The translations under genes were made by a program, and so were the position numbers. Shown here piece after piece: positions 39,008 through 54,071 of a stretch of DNA of 64,000 nt. Position 1 is the stretch's first letter. Every line of letters starts with the position of its first letter. A model generated the notes under the pieces. The model ran no database searches. It was not told the DNA's origin and was given only the letters and a program-made list of their open reading frames with translations. The DNA comes from Lytechinus pictus (taxonomy: Eukaryota): positions 8,496,001 through 8,560,000 of the forward strand of contig NC_087250.1 of NCBI RefSeq assembly GCF_037042905.1. The letters are read 5' to 3'.

Positions 39008-41097
39008 TTAGTGGTTAAAGGAAAATGAAACCTTTGGAACAAGATAACTTGTGTAAACAGAAAAATCAAAGAAACAGATCAACGGAAGTGCGCACTGCCG
39101 ATGGTTATCCTCACAAATTCTTGGCAGGAATGATGAAAGTTATTCACAAAATGTAAAAAAGTACACATATAACAACAAAAACAATGATACTCACATTAAC
39201 CTGAAGAAAAACTCTTTCAAGTTCTTAAATTTTCATACCCATTGCTGACACATAACTCAACTATGACTTCAATGAAATCCTAGCATAATCTACCCATTCA
39301 TACATGATTCCCATTGATCAAGATTTCCGGACCGGAGAATTTGATCTTAAGCGGGAGAGATCGCGATGTGAAGGGTATTTTGAAACTCTATTAGAGGAGT
39401 GATCTTATTGCCCAATTTCATTTTTTAAACCCCCATGTCAAAGTCGAACATTCAGAGTTTACTTCCTTGACAACGAAAATATCCGCAGGGCAAGCAATTT
39501 GAGTATTGGAAGACCGGAACGTCTATCGTTGGTAAATTGATTAGAAGTAATATTTATGAATGTCTAAAGTAACTTACGTCAATTTCGCTTGTGATTGCAC
39601 AATCCTGATTTCTTACACTTTATTTCTAGCCATTTTCATGATGATCTGATAAACTTAATCACTCACATATTTGAGATAATAACCAGTATACCAATTTCAC
39701 TTTCTACAGTAACCGAGTGACGCATTCTTTTGTGTGTGCGCAGAGGAGCAATGGAAAGCGTTGACAAAAACCAGAGTGAACACCCCGGAGTTATCGGGGG
39801 AGATGACAGCTGTGAACTGCACGATTCAGATGCACCCGCCTGTGGAAACTTGGACTCTTTCTCGTCGGACTGTACGATGATATCAACGTGCATGAAATTA
39901 CATGTAACTGGATAGAACCGGCAGGAAATAACCAACTTGGTGGAGGAACAAGTAGTTCCTGGTAAGTACATGAATTGAAATTTCGTATAATTTGCTTGTT
40001 TTGAACTACATTTTGACCGTTTGAAAAACCATGAGGCTTAAAGGGAGTAAAGTCGATAAGCGCAAGAGCGCGTAAACCTTGACTGTGTGGAATTCCCTTT
40101 CCATGTTGTTCACGCATTGCGCATGTGCAATAGTGCCGAAAGCTGTTCCATTTTTGTGACTTTCTCGGGTTTCTCCTACTGGATTAGGTTAAATTTGACT
40201 CATAATCTCATCAGACCCCACCCTCCTTTCCCCAGAAAATGTCAAAACGCTGGCTTTACGTTTTGAAAATCTTCCATGCGTTTCCATCTATTCAAAAACA
40301 ATGTTGGATTTATAGAAATTTATTTTTGATATAGACCTGCCTTTTCCCAATGGTATTACTTAGGTCTTAGGCATAGCCAGGGGGTCAAAAAAAAAAATTG
40401 GGGGGGGGGGGGGCACATGCCCCCCTTTTGAGAATTAAAATTACAAAATTGTAATGTAAACATGCCTTCTTTTTTTTTGCTTGTCAAGTTATTTCTGGTA
40501 CGAAATATCCTTATTTGTGGTTGAAGACTTTATTTATTTTTTGCTTGTCAAAATTTTCCGAAAACTTTGGAAAAATCCTGGATCAGCCCCTGAGGGGGGG
40601 GGGGGGAGGTGAAATGGGAAGTCCCACTTCTACCTATTGTATTTTATTTTTCGCTCATTTTGATTTATTTTTGTATTCTGAGAGGAAATGCAGGGGGTAT
40701 CAGACCTTCACGTTTATAATTTTGTGGAGCTCAATAAATCACTCTCCTTATTTTTTGAGGAGCTCAATTGAGCTCCTCAGAATCGCTCTCCTTTCGAGGA
40801 GCTCAAATCAATTCAATACAATACATGTATGATAAATTGTAGATTTTTCATAACATCGTATATGCAATACATGTAGCTGTGTAGCTAATCTGTGGTGAAA
40901 CTAGGCCTGGGTCAATACGTTTACAAAATATCGCGCTCCTGCTCCAAAAAAAAAAAATTCCTTGAAATTATTTTGATTTAGTTGAAAACTATCAGAAAAA
41001 TGAAGAATATTCACCTCTTTCCCAACTCTGATTTGAACTTACATTCTGTAAATATTGTAGTCCCACATATAGACTTCCATGGTGTTGGAATCCTCCA

Positions 41098-43730
41098 ATG
41101 ACTCGTGAAGGATGGGAAGAACATGAAAGACTTGAAACAGAATACAATCAGTGCCTCCAAAAGGCACTGGAGAAAACACAACAAAATATGTCAGTCCTTG
41201 CCCAGGAACTGCAGAAGGTAGAAAAGTCAAAAGCACGCTGTGAGGTACCGTAAGTAACGGTGTATTAACTGCACCTTTTTCTTGGCGGGATATAAGCAAA
41301 AGTCGGGGGTGCGGTTTATCCACGGTGACGGGTCTGAGCCCGCCCGCGTAACCCCTCCCGAACATGTAAGAAGTCTGCCAGTTCACAACACATCGAGTGG
41401 CCGGGCGTAGCCACCCAGGGCAATGTCGTTTAGAGGGGTATGAGCCGCGGGTAATGGGAAGCGATTATTACGATCTAAATCAAATAGTGTCCATAACAAA
41501 TGCACCCACCTTCATGACACTAATTTCAACTTTATTCTCGATTCAAAGCAGCGAAGTTCCCTGGCTAAGTTCAAAGAGACGCCAAGCATTCTCGGTAATA
41601 ATTTCTCACAGCTGAGCAAGAGCCGAGAGCTAGCTTGCGTTGTATTGTGGTTTGAGTGCGACTTAAGCTGGCGCTATTCATTTTAACCCCTCAAAGTCCC
41701 GTTTCGCGCCAGCTTATTTTTCCTTTCCTGTTTGCTTTTCATAAGATACCATGTACACCGTGCACCACGTATGAGAGAGACAGCACAAAGCCGTAAAACA
41801 ACTGGAAAAAATGCCAATTTCTTTGTTTCTTGAACATTCCTGTAATCCCGTATCCAAAATTCATGCTAAGCCATCGAATGCTAGACGAATTCTGAAAGTG
41901 ATTGTGAGGTTGTGATGCAAGAAATGTGAAAGACACAGTTCACAATTTGATATTAAAGATGTACTGGTAGTGGTACCGTATCGAAGTTTGCAATGTACAT
42001 GTACAAGAACGGCAGTGATGTGTGTGTGTACACTGTGACTGTGAGGTGAGTGTGTAAGTGGCCAATATTGTTGGGACCTTTCTTTCTTGCTAACATTTGT
42101 AGATGAATTGATCAAGAACAGCAGATTTCCGCATACCGGTAATCTCTTTGAATACTTTGAAATCTTTAACTTAGTTTTTTTTTTTTTGGGGTCCAAAGTT
42201 GGGGGTGCGGTTAATACACAGGTGCGGTTAATACACCGTTACTTACGGTACTCAAAGACCAATTCAAAGTTGAGGCTTCAGACCTGAGAACTGAATGTAA
42301 CAGGCTGAAACGACAATTGAAAACTGTGGATGATCATTGTCAGCAACTTGAAGAGCAGATCTAAAAAACATTGACTCCAAGATTAGTTACAGCGACTGGA
42401 CAAAAAATTGAGTGACTGAAAGGAAGGTTCTCAAAAGATCAAAGACCTACAGAAAGAAATCAGACAAAAGAATAGAACATTGACAGAAATGGAACATATG
42501 GTAAACGGAGTAATGGAAGAAGAGAAGGTTATTTCAACATTTGAAAATGGACGTTATAATGAAGACATTCGACTGACTGTATATGAATATGTATCCATGG
42601 GAGTCGGTTCAAAGAAGGTGGCTGACATAATACGATCAGTTCTCCAAAGAGTTGGTAAGTTGAAAGTAGGGAGACTTCCAAAGCCCTCACTTGTGAAATA
42701 CATGGCGACAGAGCAGGGCTTACTAGCAAAACAGGCAGCATTTCATTCCATGAGAAACTCAGAGAATATAACCCTGCATTTGGATGGAACAACCAAAAGA
42801 AGGAAACATTTCGTTACTTACTGTACCTCTCAACAACAAACAGTGGCACAGTTGCTATGGGTCTGGATGACATATACTCTGAAACTGCCGACGAGTTGGT
42901 ACACAAAGCTGAAGAACGTCTTCAAGGAGTAACCAAAATATTACCAAGTGAATTAGCAAATGATAACCAGGAGGAAGTTCTAAAGATGCTCGTGAGTGTA
43001 AAGAATGTCATGACAGATAGTGAGATAGAGCAGCAGTGAAAAAGGCCTTTGTGAAAAAGTTTGCAGATTGGAGAGCTAAAGTCTTGCCAAAAATAATACC
43101 ACAGTGGGAAGAACTCAGCGATGGCATAAAACAGCAAATCAAAGTTCAAATCAATGACATTTACTGTGGAAAGCATCTTGTCTTGAATTTTCAAGAGTAC
43201 GCACAATCTGCACTCTATGAATGGGAGCAAGTTGAATCAAACAGTGGCAAACTTGGAAGAGAGAAACACACATTGTGGACTCGTGGTAATGAATCGGCAA
43301 CAATGCTTGCAGTGCATAGTATCTGCTCGTATTTTGGACCGGATGCTGATCCGCAAAGTGGTTACCAGTATTCTTTTGAGTTTCTAGTAATCTAGTCCAT
43401 CTTGAAGATGTGTACCAAGATCAACCGCATTTGCAAGAATTCAGAGGAAATCGATTCAACATACCTTCTGAGAATTCAAAGGCAGTCTGTTACCACATGC
43501 CACATATCAAGAGTCTTATGCACTCCTATCTTGAAAGTGAGAGAAATCTTGTCTGTGGGACTGCGAGGATCCCATAATTGTTGGCGGGATAAGAGCAATG
43601 GGGATGCTCGAAAGACAGCTGACATCTAATGCTTGACAGTTCAATTCACGTGATGGACACATCAACATACTATCAGAGGGCCTTCAACAAAATAAAGCAG
43701 ATGATGGTCAATCCCACTTTTAGATGAAGA
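41098..43730 (+). pseudogene. Decayed DDE transposase with CxxH motif and N-terminal coiled coil
   Basis: ORF pieces TLHLDGTTK, KNVMTD, IYCGKH joined by frameshifts; the frame runs across the 41248-42248 insertion once it is removed. Confidence 0.7.
41248..42248. mobile_element. Tc1/mariner(pogo)-type non-autonomous element, TA TSD
   Basis: TA|CCGTAAGTAACGGTGTATTAAC...GTTAATACACCGTTACTTACGG|TA. Confidence 0.85.
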
Positions 43731-46700
43731 TTAAACACATTTTCCTTTTCTAAATATCTAAAAAATTGCTCTGAAATGAGTAAAAAACACTATTTTAGGT
43801 ACTTTGCCCAATTTTGGCAGATTTTCGATAATTTTTTAAATCTTAAACTGGCCATATGACATATCGCAAGAACCCCTAGTCCAATTTTGATGATCTTGGT
43901 GTCATTTTACTCGTGTTTTAGAGCTTATTCCAGTTACACTATTTAAAACTAGATTTACAACACTTCAATTTTTGGGGTGGCATCCCGACTTGTAATATAG
44001 CAGTGTATCCTATTGCCGGACACCTTTTTTTCAGTGCTTTAAAAATGACAACTAGAGGAATTACAATCAAGAAAAATTCACACTTGCTATTCCAAATATT
44101 ATGAAAATTATGAATATGATAAAATTATTTTATATTTACCAACCATTTTCTTTGCATCGCACTTGCCGCGTACCCCTCCACGAAAAACAATTATTTTCGT
44201 GCTCGACAAATTACATCATGATTGCGGACGCGCGCCGGACGGGTAAAGATATCCTTGATTATAATGATGTAAGAACAAATTTGTGTGATTTTTTTCTTCT
44301 TATATCATATCATGAGTAAATTCTAAGTTCTTATTTGCTTTTTTTATATCGAATCTGAGCAGATGTTGGTAATAAATTTTTGATTACTTATTTTATTTTT
44401 TCTTGTTAGCTGCATGTTCAATGGCACTTTCCAATAATAATATGCTCGCGTTCGTATTCAAACCATAACAGAAGTTTTTACAGAGCACCTTTTAAAAATC
44501 AATTTGTAAATCAATCAAAATTGTCTGACGCTCATCAAGTTCTATCGATGCGCTGCCGATCGACAGCTCTACTCACGGTAAACCTCGCGCTCGGGTACCT
44601 TGAGAACTAGCCGTCGACGATCACCCACAATACACCACACCTCATCATTCAATCGAAGGAGTGGATGAGATTGAAATTCTGCAAATCAGGCCCATATTTC
44701 CATTAGAAAATATATCAATTGTTAACGCAAACTATGTTATATGATATTTTAAGCATTTTCTATCATTTTAGTCTTTTAGAGATAAATAAGGTAAAACTAA
44801 AAGTTGGATTTTTTCTTCTTGTTCTTGACTTTCTTGTATTTGCAATCTTGTTTTATGTATTGCTCTGTGATTGTGAAATTGAATTACGGAAGTCTTACGG
44901 TAGGAAATTGTTTTCGAACGCAGTAATATGCGCGTCCGGAATCATAATTTTAATTTTTTATGTCATAATGGTGTCTGGTAATACAATACCCGGTACGTGA
45001 CTATACCGGTACATATTTTCAAAGATATTGTAATCACCATACGACCCGCAAATTTGGGCCGGTTCATCATTCATAATCATATTTCTAAATTCTAGGCCTC
45101 TATATTCACGATTATTCTTTCAATAGGGACCCCCCTTTGGCATGTTTGGTAGCACATCTTCTCCAGTAACATTCTATTCACATGCATCAACATCGACTGA
45201 CTCATGCATGCAAAGCCAAACAAAAAATGATAAAGAAAGGCACCGAATTGCGCGAGAACAAAACACAGGCACGACATTGACAGGCCATTCACGTTATATA
45301 CACGTAAACTCAATGGAATGGGAAGGACGCCCAAAATTATTGTAACCGTGCACTGTTACCACACCTAATTTCCTCCATTACAACGACCTTCGAATTCTAA
45401 CTCACAAAACGGATCACATCTTCATGTACATTGGAAATGTTATTTCATACATAATTTATTACAAATCAATAAACCAAATAAGAAACTAATAAGTTTAAGT
45501 TAGAGACACTTACGACAAGATGATCGCAGGGAAATACACTATAATTCAGTCTAGTTGAATTGCGCAAATAGCGCATGCGCAGAAATAGATATGACAAATT
45601 AAATGTCAATATCCCGGATGTAATTGAGCCTCATTGTCAGAATTTGCAATGAGGATATACCGGTAGCATTCGGATATCAGCGCGGCGGTTGCAAAATGGA
45701 AAAATAAGTGTTTTTGTCAAAGAAAATTGTAATTTTATGATAGAGTTTGACAGGGGCCTGGGAAAGATTTTCTAAAAGGGGGTGTTGGCTTGTTAAGAAA
45801 AACAAATGACAAGCCCCACCCCGAAAAGGTTTTCACCGGGTTTTCACCACTCCCGAATAGAATTTAATTGTCAAGCCCGGTTGCTTAATTGGTCAAGGCC
45901 CTCCCAAGGGACTTTTTTTTTCCTTTTGAAATACTGAAGGTACAATGATTTGAGTGCTCCCGGAGTTGACCTCTCAAAAAATTGATTTTTTTTTTTGTAA
46001 CTGAAGAAAAAAAAAACATTTTCAATGACTCAAGAAATTGATCACACTTTCGTATTTTACTACCACATAATACTTTCACACACACACACTAAAAAAAATC
46101 TTTTTACTTTCCGAATCTCGAATCTTCAACAATATCACCCTTTTTCTGCTATTTTAATAAAATAAACTTTCTGTCAGGGTGAACTTAATTTCCTCTTCTG
46201 CATAGTGCACAGTAATAGCCTAGGCCTATAAATAGATCTGACTCCGGTGGTAATATAAGGTCTCCAATTGACATCTCCTGTGTTTAGAAATACCGCCCCC
46301 TTGTGGCCGACGCAACTTAATTGACGTTTGGGCGTTGTGACCATTTCTAGTTCAGTGGTTGTGACAGGGCTGGCGCCTATAATCCAAGCTATATATGTGG
46401 AGACTGAGTTAAAAATGGATGCAGAGGTTCGAGGTTCGAGCCCTGGTCACGCCTTTCAAATGGTAACGTTAAAGGTCGGTCCCAGACGTAAATAATTGAG
46501 TATATGAATGTAAAAAAGGCCCAAGTCCATAGGAGGTCATTTCGAGAAAATGAAAAAAAAAATTGATATTTTTTAAATTTGGGCATCGTAAAACAAATTT
46601 AAGTGTAAATTTTTATGTACATTAATATTTACGTTACTTATGGGCGGGGCCTTTTGTCTAGTGGACTTGTGTCGTTTTTAGAATCATATGGACTTACGTC

Positions 46701-46945
46701 ATTCTTAAATGCATAAACATGGTAAAGACTTTTGTAGTACTGAATGTATAAAAATGATAGAAAAGAGATTTGCTTTATAAATCGGACAAAAAGTGCCACT
46801 TATCTTTTTGTATTTTTAGTTTTTTTCATAGCTGATGTGTTTTGGGATGGGCGAGCGGGTGTGGGCGTTAAATGTGAGGACATATATGTGTTAATTGCGA
46901 ATACTATAAAAAAAACACCAAAAACAGAGTTTGCAAAATGACGTA

Positions 46946-47168
46946 CACTGCAAAAACTCTGGTGTTGATTTAACACCAGCCTGGAATCTATATGTCCACA
47001 CCAGTTTCGTTTTGGTCTAACACCGGAAAGGTGTTTATACAACACCAATTAGTATTAAAACAGCATCGGTTTGATTCCAAACTGGTGTTGTTTCAATACT
47101 TCTCTGGTGCACATGTGGACATATAGATTCCGGGCTGGTGTTAAATCAACACCGGAGTTTTTGCAGTG
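46946..47168. mobile_element. Palindromic MITE, TA TSD (TIR CACTGCAAAAACTC.GGTGTTGATTTAACACCAGCC)
   Basis: ~55-bp TIRs flanked by TA. Confidence 0.8.
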
Positions 47169-48629
47169 TACTATTCATGTATTATAGTTCCCTCTTCCTC
47201 CATCCATGACCAAAAGAAGTCTTAAGCACACAAACAACAGTTCAAGAGTCGGGGGGGGGGGGGGCAGGGGTGGGTGAGTGGGTATGGTCCCAGGGACGGA
47301 TCCAGCATTTTCCAAAAGGGGGACACACTTTTCCGAGGAAAAATTTTGTCAAGCAAAAAAAAAAAGAAGGTTTTTAACAATAAATAATTATGATATTTCG
47401 TCCCCGAGAAAAATTGATAAAAAATATATATAAAAAAGGTCTTCACTTTCAAGAAGGGGGAAATACTTCTGTTTTAATTGCACTTTTACATTACAAATTA
47501 TAATTTTGCTTCACAAGGGGGGGGGGGCACGGGCCAGCTGTGCCCCCCTCCCCTGGATCCGCCAGTGATGGTCTCTCTCTTTGATTTTTATTAAATAGGA
47601 AAACAAGAAATACAGATAGCGTCCTGACTAAAGTTGAGGTTTGGGTGTAAATGAAGTGAGAACTTTTTCTTAGCAAGGATTTTATTTCATGCTTGACAGA
47701 GATTTTGGGAGTAAAATGCTTTTGTAAATGGGTAAAATTTTTCATTGTTTTTTTTCTTGCCAGTGAATTTTTTTTTTTTTTTTTTTTGGGGGGGGATTCT
47801 CAAAAAGTAAAACTTAATTTGTGTTGTGAGCAAATTTTGAAAAACAATCACATCAATCTTGAATCCGTCTCTGCATATGCCCCACATCCACACACGCACA
47901 TCAGCATAGGAATTAATATTTGTTATCATTATCTTTGTGAGGAGCTATTTCTTTTTACATTGACTCACACCCACCCAAACACCCCTCACACACCGTCTGA
48001 CACACACACACACACACCCTCTCTCACAAACACACACACACACATGGTATTATCATACCCAACTAACTCAGAAGCACAAACATTTGCACGTGAACTTAAA
48101 CTTCTTACTTTTTAAACGTTTTAGACAAGGTCCAAAACAAAACAAGATTCCACTTTACATCTGATCAGTATTGAAAATACTCATCTCCTCATGTAGAAAA
48201 GGAAAAAAAAACAATTATGATCTAAAATTGAATAAAGTTAAAGATTCAGATGAATACTTTTAATCCATCACAACGAGTCGGCAACATCTCTTTGTCAAAT
48301 TAATGCAGATTTATAATTTATACACAAGACGAGTCACTGTATAAGGAACAATTTTCGCCCCCAAAATAGACTTGAGCCGTTTTTATATTCAGATATTCTT
48401 GATACACGCCTGACAAAATTAAAATACACACACACACAAACACCCTCACACATGACCTTAGCTCAACTGATATTTGCGTGGCCCTATATGTATAATATGA
48501 CCTGTGCGTATTCTAGGGGGTGCTCGGGACCCGGCCCCCGGGAAAATGGGAAAGAAAAGGAGGGAAAGAATATGAGAAAGAGAAAAAAAGGGGAAAGAAA
48601 GAGAGAAGAAAAACAAGTGGGAAGGGGGG

Positions 48630-49100
48630 GGGGGGCGCCAAATTGACGTTCGACTTAGGGGGGGGGGGGGTGCCGAATTTATATTCAACCTGGAGGCGCC
48701 GAATCGATGTTCTACCTCGGGGCGACAAATTGGAGTTTGATATAGGGGAAGCCGAATTTATGTTCGACTTTGGGGGGGGGGGGGCGCTGAATTGATGTTC
48801 GACTTTGGGGGGGGGGGCTGAATTGATGTTCTACCTACGGGCGCCGAACTGATATTCGACACATAGCCGGGGGCGCCGAATTGAAGTTCGACACAGGGGC
48901 GCAGAATTGATTTTCAACCTAGGGGCGCCGAATTTTTGTTCGACATAGGGGGTGCCAAATTGAAGTTTTTCTAAGGGACACCGAACCGATGTGCGACCTA
49001 TAGGGTGCCGAATAGATGTTCGACATAGGAGCACCAATTTGATGTTTGTCCTGAGGCGCCAAATTCATATTCGACCTTTGGGGCGCCAATTTGAGGTTTG
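48630..49100. repeat. ~31-bp degenerate minisatellite (GGGGCGCCGAATTGATGTTCGAC)
   Basis: About 14 tandem degenerate units. Confidence 0.85.
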
Positions 49101-50195
49101 TCCTTAAAATTACTCATACACATGAGTTTGGCGCTCGCGCTCGTATCAAATACATAGTTAGATGTCCATCCTGTTCATGATTACCAAACGTGCTTAGAAA
49201 GTCAAAATTTGAGGTTAGAATATAAAAAATCTTCAGTTCGCGCTTCACACTCGCATCAATTATTTTAGAAAGATACCTATCATGTCCATGGTTACAAAAA
49301 GTGCTGAGAATGTCCCGTTTTCGGTCGGAAATTCAAAAGCTTTCAACTCGCGCTGAATGTTGAGATAGATATCCATCCCTTTCCTGATTACCAAAAGTGC
49401 TAATACAGACTTTCCAAATTTGAGGTTAATATAAAAAAAAATTCAGCTCGTGTGTCGCACTCGCAGCAATTGTGTAGATATACGTGTATACCCATCATGT
49501 TCACGGTTACAAAAAGTGCTTAAAATATCCGATCGGGAAACATGATATAGAAGAAAATACTTTCCACCCCCCATTAGCGAGAGCTGGATCCGCATCTGGT
49601 AAAGAAATGTCAGCCCGCTCACATAATGTGATGAGAAGTTGAAACCCCAGAGTGCTTAAAATTCTACGCTTTCAGCATGTTCAGGGGGCCGTTTTATAAA
49701 GCTGATCGAAAGTTAAATGCGACTTTATGAACGACTGATGATCCTTAAGTTTCTTTTTGGAGCGTAAGACAGGTTCACCAGTCGTTCTTAAAGTCCCTCC
49801 TAAATACGAACAGCTTTATGAAACACCCATCTGGTCATATTTATTATTTTCAAACAGTGGTATGACAACATATTCATGGATATTTTTTTCATGAACACAT
49901 AAAAGAGTAGTCTTCATACAACATGCATTTAAGGCATGCCTGGCGGCAGTGGCGTAAGTGCTTTACCACCCCCCCAAAAAAAAAACCGGGGGGGGGGGAG
50001 AGGAGAAAAAAGAAAAAGAAATAGTAACGTAGTGGGGAAAGGAAATTATTGTATATTATCATTTACATTATTTGAAATATTATTTGCTTAGGACCTATGT
50101 GTTCTTAATTTTTGGTGCTCGCATTTTCTGTTTAACATGTTTAATGAGATATATAATACTGATTTACTTAAACATCCAGTTTTCAAGTCCATATA

Positions 50196-50411
50196 TAGGA
50201 TCGAAACCTTTATTTTGTATCTTTATTATTACAGTGCCACTGATACTTCGTGTTTAAAAGGTTCCTTCGCATACAAATCATGGCTGAGACACTCAGAAAT
50301 AAGAGTGTTCATTATACATTTCGATTATGAATATTCATTATCAGGTTCCGGTTGTAGGATTTCAATTCTCCAATCATCACCTCCATCATCATTGTCATCA
50401 TTGTCATCATT

Positions 50412-50452
<41 letters not shown>

Positions 50453-53400
50453 AATCACCAACAGCAAATTCGATTTCACATTCATCCTTTATTAGTTTTT
50501 TTAAACTTCATCCTCTCTTCATCTCATCACCATTACCACCATCTTGCTGTTATGACACAGAACATTTACACACAAATCACATATCATACCAATAATCTTG
50601 AGTTTTTGGTAATATCAAATTATCCTCCTGAGTAATGACATGGACATTTTTTCTATTTTCAATACAAACAATATATCATCTGATAATAACTATTACTCAA
50701 CTGAACATTTTACTTCTAGATTTAGAGACATGGAACATAAATTCAGTTTGCTTCATATTAATGCTCGTAGTTTGAACAAAATTTTTGAGTCATTGGAATA
50801 ATTACTTTTCACTTTAAACAATTTCAAATTTTCCATTATTGGTGTCACGGAAACATGGCTTCACAATACTTCACCTAACATATTCAGTTTGGAAAACTAT
50901 AATCTCATTAGGCGTGACCGGGAAGATCAAAGAGGAGGAGGTGTAGCATTTTACATCAGTGAACATTTACAATTCAAAGTAAGGAAAGAAATATCATTAA
51001 AACAGAGTGAAACTTTATTCATAGAAATCACGAAGCCAAAAAGCAAAAATATAATTATTGGATTGATTTATAGACCCCCTCATGATAAAGTAAATTTATT
51101 TTGTGAAGACCTTGAAACGTGCCTTCATACTATTAGAAAAGAAGAGAAACAAATATATTTAATGGGTGATTTTAACATCAACCTGTTATCCCAAAATAAT
51201 GAACATGATTTATTCCTACACACAATGCATTCATTTGGCTATTATCCCCATATAGATAAACCGACCAGAATTGATAGCCATTCATCAACACTTATCGACA
51301 ACATTTTTTTCAAATATATTAAACAGAGATATTACCAGCGGATTGTTAATATCTGATATATCGGATCATTTGCCGGTTTTTTCATTTTGCGATAATGATA
51401 TTCCAAAAGAAAATATACTCAAATCGACAATGTATAGAAAAGAATCTCAAAATAACATTGAATCGTTTAAAAGGGATCTTGCTATTGAAGAATGGTTGGA
51501 TGTATTTCATGAGTCTAATTCAAACATTGCATACACAAATTTTAACAATAAATTGCAGACATTTTACGAGAAAAATTTTCCTCTGATACCACTGGTCAAA
51601 AGAAAAAAGGCAAAAATGCCATGGATTTCTAAAGCAATTTTAAGATCCATACGTACCCGAAATAAACTTTACAAGGCATTTTTAAAGAACCCTTCTATTC
51701 AAAACAAAAATAAATACAAAACTTATAGAAATAGACTAACCAATACAATTCGAGCTTCTCGCAAATTATTTTATTCCGAGAAGCTTTACAAAGTCAAATC
51801 AAACATGAAAGCAACATGGGAGATTATAAATGATTTGATTGGCAAGAAACCCAAAATATTACCCAAAGATAATTTCACAGCTCATGATGTTGCGATAAAT
51901 TCAGAAGATGTAGCTGATACCTTTAATTCCTTTTTTGTTTTCTTAGGACCCTCATTGGCAAACAAACTTGACAGAACTGATGAAAATTTTGGAAAATTTC
52001 TTCCCACACCCATTAACTCTTCTTTATTCTTTAACCCAACAAATGTTCAGGAATTAATTGAAATAACAAAAAATCTCAAATCAAGCAAATCACAGGGAAT
52101 TGATAGAATTAGTACTTTCCTTCTTAAGCAGATCATACACTATATTGCCTCTCCTTTGTGTCATATTTTTAATCTGTCGATTAGCACCGGAATATGTCCT
52201 GATTCCCTAAAAATTGCAAAGGTAAATCCTGTTTTTAAAAAAGACAATCCGCATGAAATAACAAATTACAGGCCTATTTCTATTCTTCCCAGCATTTCCA
52301 AAATATTAGAGAAGATTATTTACAATAGACCTTATAAGTTTCTAGATACTTTTCATTTTCTAAATTCTAACCAATATGGATTCAGGAAAGGACATTCGAC
52401 TGATCAGGCGTTAATACAAATATACGATAAAATTACAAATGCAATGGCAAAAAAAGAACATATAACAGGCGTATTCATGGACTCAAGCAAAGCCTTTGAC
52501 ACTCTTGACCACCAGATATTACTTAAAAAACTTGAAAATTTTGGAATTCGCGGAATTACAATATCTTGGTTCAAGAGTTATTTGTCCAATAGAAAACAAT
52601 ATGTAATTCACAATAATATTCCTTCTGATTTTCAGTTAATACAATGCGGAGTTCCACAAGGATCAATCCTAGGCCCCTTGCTTTTTTAAATATATATCAA
52701 TGATTTGACTTCTGTAACACCTTTATTATCATATGTATTATTTGCAGATGACACCAACATTTTTTGTTCACATAATAGCTTAGAAACTTTAGTAGATATA
52801 ATTAACCGTGAATTACCAAAACTATCTTTGTGGTTTAAGTGTAATAAGCTTTCACTCAATATAGATAAAACAAACTTTATTTATTTCAAGCATACACACT
52901 CACATGATAACGAATTTCCTTACAATATAAACATAGACAATACTCCTCTCAAAAGGAAAAGAGAAACAAAGTTCTTAGGTGTCACAATAGATGAAAATTT
53001 AAATTGGAATGAACATGTACGTTGTATAACTACTAGTATTTCTAGAAACGTTGGTATACTTTACAAAATGAAAAACATTATTCCACATACAACTCTTGTC
53101 ATACTCTACAATTCATTAATATTGCCTTATATATCATATTGCAACATAGTTTCGGCAACATGTGCAAAAACTAAAATTAATACAATATACTTATTACAGA
53201 AAAAAGCAATTCGAATCTGTACTGATTCCCAATATTTATCACACACAAATCCATTATTCCATAAACTAAAGACTCTAACAGTATTTGACATAAATACTAT
53301 TCAAAGTTTACTACTTATGTTTAAGTACGTAAATAACATGCTCCCACCTTCATTCCACAATTTTTATACTCTGAATACATCTATTCATTCTTACCCTACC

Positions 53401-53673
53401 CGTAACTCTTCAAATTTCCATTTAATCAACCCTAAATTGCTTATTGCGCAGAGATCCATAAGACACCATGGTCCAGATTTGTGGAACTCTCTACCAGAGC
53501 CTGTAAAACAATCTTCGTCTCTTCACTCATTTAAGGCAAACGTTAAATCTATGTTATTATCAGAATATTTGAAGTAAAATTTCTGTGTCATATCCTTTTT
53601 ATCGTGAATTTATTCCTCCTTCGATTTAGTCATTACCAATATCTTCATCATGACCACCATCATCTCCATGGCC

Positions 53674-53713
<40 letters not shown>

Positions 53714-54071
53714 CATCATATCACCGTCACCCTCAGCTTTATCATCTTCATCTTCATACTATAATATTGCATGAATTCATGTTTCGTATTTGAAAATGTA
53801 TGCCCATTCTGCTTTATAAATGTATTAATTAATTCAATAAGTATAATTTTGGGATTGTCATTTTTTTCAAGCAATCTGCTTATGATGACAATCCTTCTCC
53901 TGCAAATTGTAAATATCATATAGTTAATCATTTTTTGTCTGAAATTATCTTTTTAATACTCTTTATTTATGATTCATGCCAAAAATGCTAGCATATTATG
54001 TTTATTATGTTATGAAAAATGTATTATACGAATGTTATGGATGCAGAAGAAAACAATAAATCAAATCAAAT
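50196..54071 (+). mobile_element. CR1/L2-group LINE with near full-length ORF2 (APE endonuclease plus RT) and (TCAAA)n tail
   Basis: GVTETW, GGGVAFY, YRPP, MGDFN, SDHLP; NYRPIS, QYGFR, KAFD, GVPQGSILGP, LFADD; frameshift near 51310 and TAA at 52687-52689; candidate TSD CATATA. Confidence 0.93.

Noticed and set aside
39663..40117. Short overlapping ORFs with exon-like GC content
   Set aside because: No recognisable domain or consistent exon chain; probably a transposon interior
48630..49100. CRISPR-like regularly spaced repeats
   Set aside because: Degenerate tandem units without unique spacers, eukaryotic context, no cas genes
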